Origin: Cereibacter sphaeroides 2.4.1
GTDB taxonomy: Bacteria > Pseudomonadota > Alphaproteobacteria > Rhodobacterales > Rhodobacteraceae
Assembly: GCF_000012905.2 (NCBI RefSeq)
Contig: NC_007494.2
Coordinates: forward strand, 150,001 to 182,000
Reading direction: 5' to 3'
Length of the DNA stretch: 32,000 bases
The notes below the pieces were generated by a model. It did not search any database, was not told where the DNA came from, and saw only the letters and a program-made list of their open reading frames with translations. Within the stretch, counting starts at the first letter, position 1, and each line of letters opens with the position of its first letter. This document shows positions 24,801 through 31,099 of the stretch, piece after piece. The position numbers and the translations under genes were made by a program.

Positions 24801-26011
24801 TGAGACTTCTCTGCGCGCTTGTCGGATTGCTCTGGGCCGCGGCCGCCGCGGCACAGGATTTCAGCGCCGTCGCCCGGCTGACCGACGCCTCGGTGGGCCG
24901 GATCTTCGTGGACCTTCCTCGCGGAATGAGGACCGGCGCCGGCATGGTCTTCGGCCAGGGCGCCGGGGGCAGGCTGCTGTACCTGACCAATTTCCATGTT
25001 GTTCAGAACGGCGGCGACATTGCCGTCTTCTTCAAGAACGGCGATGCGATCTCGATCTACAGCGGCACGGTCCTTGCCGTCTCGCAGGAGAAGGACCTGG
25101 CGGCGCTGAGCCTCGACCCCGAGGAGATCGGCACGCCCTCGCCCCCGCCTCTCGCCATCGACACGCGACGGCTCGCGAAAGGCGAGGCCGTGGTGGCCAT
25201 CGGCTATCCCGCCGCGGCCGACGCCACCATGGGGCGCGACATGAACATCGCCGCCTTCGAGACCACGCTGACCGGCGGCAGCGTCAGCCGCGTGCTGAAC
25301 GGCTCCTGGCGCGGGGCCTCGGCCGAGCTTGAGATCGTCCAGCACACCGCGCCGCTCAGCCCCGGCAATTCCGGCGGACCGCTGCTCGACCGGTGCGGGC
25401 GGGTGATCGGGGTGAACACGATGATTGCGACGGACGCGGCCGGGATCTACCTCGCCGCCTCGGCCGGCACCATCGCGGACTTTCTGGCCGAGGCCGGGCT
25501 TCCGATGCAGACGGCCGGCGGCAGTTGCGGCGGAGAGCCGGCCTCTCCGGCTGCGGCGCCACCGGCTGCCACGGTGACGGACGGCCGGGTGCCGATCTGG
25601 ATGATCCTCGGCGGAACCGGCGCCGCGCTGGCTTTGGTCATGGCCGCGATGGCGGTTGCGGCCGGCGGCCGGGGTGGCGAGCCCGCGGCGCCCCGGGTCG
25701 CGCTGACGCTGACCATCGCCACGGGCGGATCGCGCCAGCGGTGCGGCATCGGACGGGCGAGCCTGCAACGCGGCGTCATCCTCGGACGCGGCGGCGCGGC
25801 CGAGGTGGCGATCGACAGCCCGCGCGTCAGCCGCGAGCATCTGCGGCTGACGCTCGAGGGGCGGCGGCTGATGGCGACGGACCTCGGTTCGACCAACGGG
25901 ACGATGGTCGACGGCAGGCCGCTGCCGCCGAACCAGCCGCGGCAGGTGGGCGAGGCCACGGTTCTGGTGCTGGGCGGCGAGGTCGAGATCCGGCTGAGGG
26001 CGGGGTCATGA
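24797..26011 (+). CDS. trypsin-like (S1/HtrA-type fold) serine protease domain - TM helix - FHA domain fusion protein
   Basis: The signal peptide is MMRLLCALVGLLWAAAAAAQD. Catalytic triad candidates are His67 (TNFHVV), Asp100 (EKDLAAL) and Ser192 (GNSGGPLLD). The TM helix is residues 266-290 (VPIWMILGGTGAALALVMAAMAVAAG). The FHA hallmarks are ILGRG...VSREH...DLGSTNGTMVDG. The ATGA overlap with the kinase 1 stop indicates coupling. Confidence 0.85.
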   Translation: MMRLLCALVGLLWAAAAAAQDFSAVARLTDASVGRIFVDLPRGMRTGAGMVFGQGAGGRLLYLTNFHVVQNGGDIAVFFKNGDAISIYSGTVLAVSQEKDLAALSLDPEEIGTPSPPPLAIDTRRLAKGEAVVAIGYPAAADATMGRDMNIAAFETTLTGGSVSRVLNGSWRGASAELEIVQHTAPLSPGNSGGPLLDRCGRVIGVNTMIATDAAGIYLAASAGTIADFLAEAGLPMQTAGGSCGGEPASPAAAPPAATVTDGRVPIWMILGGTGAALALVMAAMAVAAGGRGGEPAAPRVALTLTIATGGSRQRCGIGRASLQRGVILGRGGAAEVAIDSPRVSREHLRLTLEGRRLMATDLGSTNGTMVDGRPLPPNQPRQVGEATVLVLGGEVEIRLRAGS

Positions 26012-26727
26012 AGGATCTGGCGCCCCCCGATCTGGCGGCATCGGACGCGGTCGCCGACATCCGCGATCTTTCGGTCCGGCTGGGAGAGCGGTTCGAGGTG
26101 ACGATCGAGCGGCTCTCGGTCGCCCCCGGCGAGGTTCTGGTGCTGGATGCGCCCAGCGGCAGCGGCAAGAGCACGGTGCTCGGGCTGGTCGCGGGGGCGG
26201 TTGCGCCTCAGGCGCGGCCGGTGCGGCATCGGGTGGCGGGGCACGATCTGGCCGTGGCGTCGCGCCCGCCGGGGCCGGCGGCGGTGGGCTTCGTGCTCCA
26301 GACACATGCGCTGGTGCCCTATCTGACCATGGGCGACAACATCGGTCTGCCGTCGCGCATCGCGCGGCTGCGGGTGGCGCCGGACTGGGCACGAGAGGTG
26401 GTGGTCTCGCTCGGCCTTGTCGATCTGATGGACCGCTTTCCGGCGCAGCTATCGGTGGGCCAGCGCCAGCGCGCGGCCGTGGCGCGCGCGATGCTCGCGC
26501 GGCCGCGGCTGCTGCTGCTGGACGAGCCGGTCTCGGCCCTCGACCCCGCCAATGTCCGCGCAGTGGAGGAGCTGATCCTGCGCCTTGCCGGGGAGGCGGG
26601 CTCGGCCGTGCTGCTCGCGGGCCACCAGATCGCGGGAAGCGCCTTTGCCGCCTGCCGCCGCGTGCGACATCGGGTGGAGGTTGCGGGCGCAGTGACGCGC
26701 TCGGTCTTCCGGTCGGAGGCGGTCTGA
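26008..26727 (+). CDS. ABC transporter ATP-binding protein (LolD/MacB/TagT-like)
   Basis: Motifs present: Walker A APSGSGKST, Q-loop FVLQTHALVPYLT, signature LSVGQRQR (a G-to-V variant of LSGGQ), Walker B LLLLDEP, D-loop SALD and H-loop AGHQ. It overlaps the previous stop by ATGA. GAGGG lies about 9 nt upstream. Confidence 0.85.
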   Translation: MKDLAPPDLAASDAVADIRDLSVRLGERFEVTIERLSVAPGEVLVLDAPSGSGKSTVLGLVAGAVAPQARPVRHRVAGHDLAVASRPPGPAAVGFVLQTHALVPYLTMGDNIGLPSRIARLRVAPDWAREVVVSLGLVDLMDRFPAQLSVGQRQRAAVARAMLARPRLLLLDEPVSALDPANVRAVEELILRLAGEAGSAVLLAGHQIAGSAFAACRRVRHRVEVAGAVTRSVFRSEAV

Positions 26728-27917
26728 TGCCGCTGCCCCTCGTTCTGGCGCTGCGCGAGCTGCGGCACGACTGGATCTCGGCGCTCTGCTTCGTGGCGGC
26801 GCTGGTGGGCGTGCTGGCGCCCATGCTGATCCTGCTCGCGCTGAAGACGGGTGCGCTCGACACGATGGTCGAGCGGCTGGTCGACGATCCGGCGAACCGC
26901 GAACTGCTGGCGGTGGGGGCCGGCGCGTATGACGAGGGCTTCTTCCGCTGGCTGGAGGCGCGGCCCGAGGCGGGGTTCGTCGTCCCCGCCACGCGCAGCA
27001 TCAACGCCCTTGCGGATGCGGTCGTGGCCTCCGCTCCCCGCCGCGAGATGGTGCGGGAGGTGCCGCTGGTGGTTTCGGCCGCGGGCGATCCGCTGCTGGC
27101 GGGGGAGGTAGGGCCGGGCCGGGTCTGGCTGAGCGCGCAGCTTGCGAAGTCGCTGGGGGTGGCGCCCGACGCGGTGCTGACGATGGTGATCGGACGGCGC
27201 ATCGACGGCCTCGAGCAGACGGCGCGGCGACCGCTGAAGGTGGCGGGGATCGTTCCGGCCGAGCGCTACGGTCGCTCGGCGCTGTTCCTCTCGCTGCCGG
27301 ACATGCTGGCGATCGAGCGGTTCCGCGACGATCCCGCCGTCACGCCCGAAAGCTGGCTGGAGATTGCCGCGCCGCCTGCGGCCTTTGCCAGCTTCCGCCT
27401 CTATGCGCGGACTCTCGCGGATCTCGGGCCGCTCTCGGCGGCGCTGGAGGGGCGCGGTGTTGCGGTGCGCCCCCGCGCCGAGAATGCGGCGCTGTTGCTG
27501 CAGCTGCGGCGGGGCGCGGATCGTCTGTATCTTGCGGTCGCCGCATTGGCCGCCGCCGGATTCTGGGCCGCGATGAGCGCCAATCTCCGCGGCATGGTGG
27601 AGCGGCGGAGGCTGGCCTTCAGCCTGCTGCGGATGCTGGGCCTGACGCCCGTCCAGCGCGCGACGGTTCCGCTGATCCAGAGCCTCGTGCTGATCGGGAC
27701 CGGGCTCGGGCTCTCGCTTGCCCTCGTTCTGCCGGCGCTGGCGCTGATCAACGCGAGCTTTCCCTCCGTGACCGAAGGGGCGGCGCTCGCGCGCCTCAGG
27801 CCGGACCAGTTGGGGGGGGCGGCTGCGCTTGCCTGCGTGACGGCGCTGACCGCGGCGCTCTGGGCGATGGCGGCGGTGCTGCGGATCCCGAGCGAGGAGG
27901 TGTTGCGTCATGGCTAG
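26727..27917 (+). CDS. FtsX-like ABC transporter permease (MacB/LolCE/TagS-type: TM1, large periplasmic domain, three C-terminal TMs)
   Basis: The N-terminal LALRELRHDW plus TM1 is typical of the FtsX family. A roughly 215-aa extracytoplasmic region follows. The C-terminal three-TM FtsX module includes ...RRRLAFSLLRMLGLTPVQ.... A GGAGG RBS is present. TGATG overlaps the ATPase stop. Confidence 0.8.
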   Translation: MPLPLVLALRELRHDWISALCFVAALVGVLAPMLILLALKTGALDTMVERLVDDPANRELLAVGAGAYDEGFFRWLEARPEAGFVVPATRSINALADAVVASAPRREMVREVPLVVSAAGDPLLAGEVGPGRVWLSAQLAKSLGVAPDAVLTMVIGRRIDGLEQTARRPLKVAGIVPAERYGRSALFLSLPDMLAIERFRDDPAVTPESWLEIAAPPAAFASFRLYARTLADLGPLSAALEGRGVAVRPRAENAALLLQLRRGADRLYLAVAALAAAGFWAAMSANLRGMVERRRLAFSLLRMLGLTPVQRATVPLIQSLVLIGTGLGLSLALVLPALALINASFPSVTEGAALARLRPDQLGGAAALACVTALTAALWAMAAVLRIPSEEVLRHG

Positions 27918-29526
27918 GGCATGGGGTCTTGCGCTGGCGATCCTCTTGGCCGCGCCGCCCGCCGCGGCGGGCGGGATCACGGTGGACGAGACATACTGGA
28001 ACCCGCAGCCGGCCGAGGGCGACCTCGTGCTGCCGATGCCCTGCGGCGGCGCGATGGCATTCCGCCCGGTGGCGACACCCAATGCCGACGGTGCGGTGGG
28101 CGACGTTCCGGTCATCCTCGGTCGCGAGGACGAGGACCAGCCCTATCTGGACGGCACGCGGCGCTCCTATGTCTCGGGAGGGTTTCCGGGGACGGGCGAG
28201 GCGGAAGCCAAAGCCATGTTTTACATGGCGAAATACGAGATCGCCGAGGCGCAGTACCGTGCGGTGACGGAAGGCTGCCCGCAGAAGGAGCCGCGCCGGC
28301 GCGACTTCCTGCCGGTAACGGGCGTGACGAAGACCGAGCTTGACGCCTTCGCGCAGGCCTTGACGGTCTGGCTGATGCGGAACGCGCCGGAAAGCGTCGC
28401 CCTCGCCGGTGCGGCGCCGGCCCATCTGCGGCTTCCGACCGAGGAGGAGTGGGAGTTCGCCGCCCGGGGCGGTCTTGCCGTCGATCCGGCGCTGTTCCGC
28501 GGCGCGCTGCCGCCGATCCCGCCCGGTCACGCGGCATCGGAATACATCGCGCATGGCGGCAACGACAGCGCGGGCGGCAAGGTGCAGGCGATCGGAACGC
28601 TGGCGCCGAACCCGCTCGGGCTGCACGACATGCTGGGCAACGTCTCGGAATATGTGCTCACCCCCTTCGCGATGGTGCGCCACGGGCGGCTGCACGGTCA
28701 GGCCGGCGGCTACGTCAAGCGCGGCGGCGATGCGCGCACGCCGCTCGAGCAGATCACCAGCGCAACCCGGTTCGAGGTGCCTCCCTTCGACGCGCATTCG
28801 AAGGATGTGACGCGCGAGGCTTTCACCGGGGGGCGGCTCGTGCTGTCCGCGCTTTCGATCACCTCGGCCGAGCAGGCGAAGGCGGTCGCGGCGGCGCTCG
28901 AGACCCTGTCGCGGGCCGACCCTGCGCTCGACTCGGCGGCCTCGGAGGCCGAGGTTCTGGCGCTGCTCGACCGGCTTCAGCGCGAGGCCGGCGATGCCGC
29001 CGACCGCAGCCGCTTTGCCACCATCGCCCGGACGATCCGCGAGGCCCGCGCCGAGACGAATGCGCAGCGCGACCGGACCATCCGGATGATCCTCGGCTCG
29101 TCGGTGCTGACCTGCGACCAGATCGTGCAGCGCTACCTGAACGCGCTTGCCATCGCGGCGCTGGTGCCGAGCTACGACGGGCTGGCCGCCGAGGCCGAGG
29201 CGAGCGGCGACACCGCACTGGCGCAGGAGGTGGCCGAGGCCCGGGCCGAGGCCGAGACGAAGCTGCGCGAGATGGAGGAAGCGGTCGGCCGCGAAAGCGT
29301 CGACTATGCCAACCTGATCGAGGGCCTTTCGGCCGAATTCTCGCAGGAGCTGCTGGCGGCGCAGATCGCGGCCGTGCGGGACGAGCACGAGAGCCGCGGC
29401 CCTCGGCGCGGCGCCTGCCTCGGCGCGGTGCAGGCCCATCTCGACCGGCGGGCCCGGAGCGGGATGAACGACCTCGCCGCCATCCGGTCCGACATGCAAC
29501 AGATCGCGGCCGCGCAGGCCCGCTAA
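27910..29526 (+). CDS. secreted FGE-sulfatase (SUMF1/TagR-like) domain protein with a long Ala/Glu-rich helical C-terminal region
   Basis: The signal peptide is MARAWGLALAILLAAPPAAAGG. FGE-family motifs are RLPTEEEWEFAARGG (28429-28473), NPLGLHDMLGNVSEYV and VKRGG. The roughly 220-aa C-terminal part is coiled-coil-like. It overlaps the permease gene by 8 nt. A GAGGAGG RBS is present. Confidence 0.85.
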   Translation: MARAWGLALAILLAAPPAAAGGITVDETYWNPQPAEGDLVLPMPCGGAMAFRPVATPNADGAVGDVPVILGREDEDQPYLDGTRRSYVSGGFPGTGEAEAKAMFYMAKYEIAEAQYRAVTEGCPQKEPRRRDFLPVTGVTKTELDAFAQALTVWLMRNAPESVALAGAAPAHLRLPTEEEWEFAARGGLAVDPALFRGALPPIPPGHAASEYIAHGGNDSAGGKVQAIGTLAPNPLGLHDMLGNVSEYVLTPFAMVRHGRLHGQAGGYVKRGGDARTPLEQITSATRFEVPPFDAHSKDVTREAFTGGRLVLSALSITSAEQAKAVAAALETLSRADPALDSAASEAEVLALLDRLQREAGDAADRSRFATIARTIREARAETNAQRDRTIRMILGSSVLTCDQIVQRYLNALAIAALVPSYDGLAAEAEASGDTALAQEVAEARAEAETKLREMEEAVGRESVDYANLIEGLSAEFSQELLAAQIAAVRDEHESRGPRRGACLGAVQAHLDRRARSGMNDLAAIRSDMQQIAAAQAR

Positions 29527-29544
29527 CCTGAAGGAGCACCCCCC

Positions 29545-29808
29545 ATGCGGGATTTTCTGAACAAGTCGCTCGCCGTCCTGATCTGGATCGCCACCGGCTT
29601 CAACGTCGCCCTGTCCTGCTACACCGGCGCGATGATCATCCGCTATTCGCCGATGCAGCTGATGGGTGACAGCACGGTGATCCTCTACGGCTTCCTGTTC
29701 ATCCTTTTCGGGGTGACGCTGTCTCTGGTCTTCGCAGGCATCTGCTTCCAGATCATGGACATCCGCACCTTCACCAAGCATGTCGCGCTGAACCAGCGCC
29801 GAGTGTGA
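29545..29808 (+). CDS. small two-TM membrane protein, no recognised family
   Basis: 87 aa with two hydrophobic helices: SLAVLIWIATGFNVALSCYTGAMII and VILYGFLFILFGVTLSLVFAGICF. A strong GAAGGAG RBS lies 8 nt upstream. It sits between the FGE and kinase 2 genes with 18-nt and 7-nt gaps. Confidence 0.6.
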   Translation: MRDFLNKSLAVLIWIATGFNVALSCYTGAMIIRYSPMQLMGDSTVILYGFLFILFGVTLSLVFAGICFQIMDIRTFTKHVALNQRRV

Positions 29809-29815
29809 CGGCGGG

Positions 29816-31099
29816 GTGACGGCGATGGCGAGCGAACTCCAGCCCGGCGACGTGATCCAGGACACCTACCGCGTCGAGGCGCGGCTGGGGCAGGGCGGCA
29901 TGGGCACGACCTGGCGCGGCGTGAACCTCACGACGCAGGACGTGGTGGCGATCAAGGTGATGACGCCCGAGATCGCGCTGGTGCCCAAGGCGGTCGAGCT
30001 GTTCCGCCGCGAGGCGCAGCTCTTGCGCAAGGTCCAGAGCGACGCGGTGATCCGCTACGAGACCACGCTTCAGGACCGCGAGGGACGGCTGTACCTGATC
30101 ATGGAGTTCGTCGACGGCCAGCCGCTGTCGCATTACCTCGAGCGCGGGGCGCGGCTCGCGCCCGGCGACGTGCTGCGGCTGGGGCGGCGGATGGCGGGGG
30201 CGCTGGCGGCGATCCACGCGCTCGGCATCGTGCACCGCGACGTGGCGCCCGACAACATCATGCTGCCCGACGGCGACATCGGCCATTGCAAGCTGATCGA
30301 CTTCGGGCTCGCCTCGAACACCTCGGGGACCGAGGCCTCGATCATCGGGGCGAGCTATGCCGGGAAGTACTCCTATTCCTCGCCCGAGCAGTTCGGGCTG
30401 CACGGGGCGCGGGTGGGGCCGGCCTCCGACATCTACTCGCTGGGCCTTGTGCTGATGAAGGTCTGCGGGCTGAAGGTGCCGGGCGAGGGGATGGGCATGG
30501 CCGCGGTCGAGGTGCGGCGGGAGAACGTGACGATCCCGCGGGATGCGGGCCTGCCTCCGGCGCTGGCGCGGCTGCTCGAAGCGATGCTGCGCACCCGGCC
30601 CGACGAACGCCCCGCCGATCTGCAGAAGCTGTTCGCCGAGGCGGCGCCGGGGCTGGAACGGGCGGCGCCGGCCCGCACGCCCCGCCGATCGGGTCTGGCG
30701 CTTGCGGCCGGTGCGGGCGTTCTGGCCGCCGCGGGGGCGGGCCTGTGGTTCGCCCTGCCGTATCTCGACACGCCCCCGGGCAGCCGCGTGGTCACCGATG
30801 CCCGCGCGGTTGTGGCCGCCCATGATCCGCTTGCTGAAATCGAAAGCCGCTTCGCCGCGGGCGATGTCGAGACGGCCTTCGCAAGCCTGATGGCGCTGGC
30901 GAACGATCAGGCCGGCCCGCCCGAGACCCGGAGGCAAGCCTATTTTGCGCTGGGGCGGATGTACGATCCGGCCAGTTTCAACGCCAGCCGCAGCCCGTTC
31001 AAGGCGCCCAATGCCTCGGCCGCGCGGCGGAACTATCAGGCGGCTGCGGACCTCGGCTCGGCCGAGGCGCGGCAAGCCCTTGTCCTGCTGAGAGAATGA
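29816..31099 (+). CDS. Hanks-type Ser/Thr protein kinase 2 - TM - periplasmic Sel1/TPR-like repeat domain
   Basis: Kinase motifs present: G-loop LGQGGMGTTW, VAIKVM Lys, catalytic loop HRDVAPDNIM (30233-30256), DFG (LIDFGLA), YSSPEQ and ASDIYSLGLVLM. The TM is GLALAAGAGVLAAAGAGLWFAL. The C-terminal AYFALGRMYDP...ARRNYQAAADLGSAEARQAL is Sel1-like. The start is GTG 29816 or ATG 29825. Confidence 0.9.
   Translation: MTAMASELQPGDVIQDTYRVEARLGQGGMGTTWRGVNLTTQDVVAIKVMTPEIALVPKAVELFRREAQLLRKVQSDAVIRYETTLQDREGRLYLIMEFVDGQPLSHYLERGARLAPGDVLRLGRRMAGALAAIHALGIVHRDVAPDNIMLPDGDIGHCKLIDFGLASNTSGTEASIIGASYAGKYSYSSPEQFGLHGARVGPASDIYSLGLVLMKVCGLKVPGEGMGMAAVEVRRENVTIPRDAGLPPALARLLEAMLRTRPDERPADLQKLFAEAAPGLERAAPARTPRRSGLALAAGAGVLAAAGAGLWFALPYLDTPPGSRVVTDARAVVAAHDPLAEIESRFAAGDVETAFASLMALANDQAGPPETRRQAYFALGRMYDPASFNASRSPFKAPNASAARRNYQAAADLGSAEARQALVLLRE

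Noticed and set aside
23278-31075. Minus-strand ORFs across the operon: 23529..24854, 24791..25840, 25447..26307, 26006..27202, 26319..28115, 27796..29865, 28859..29539 and 29771..31075
   Set aside because: All are shadows of motif-rich plus-strand genes. All translate to Arg/Pro/Gly/Ala-rich strings without recognisable domains.
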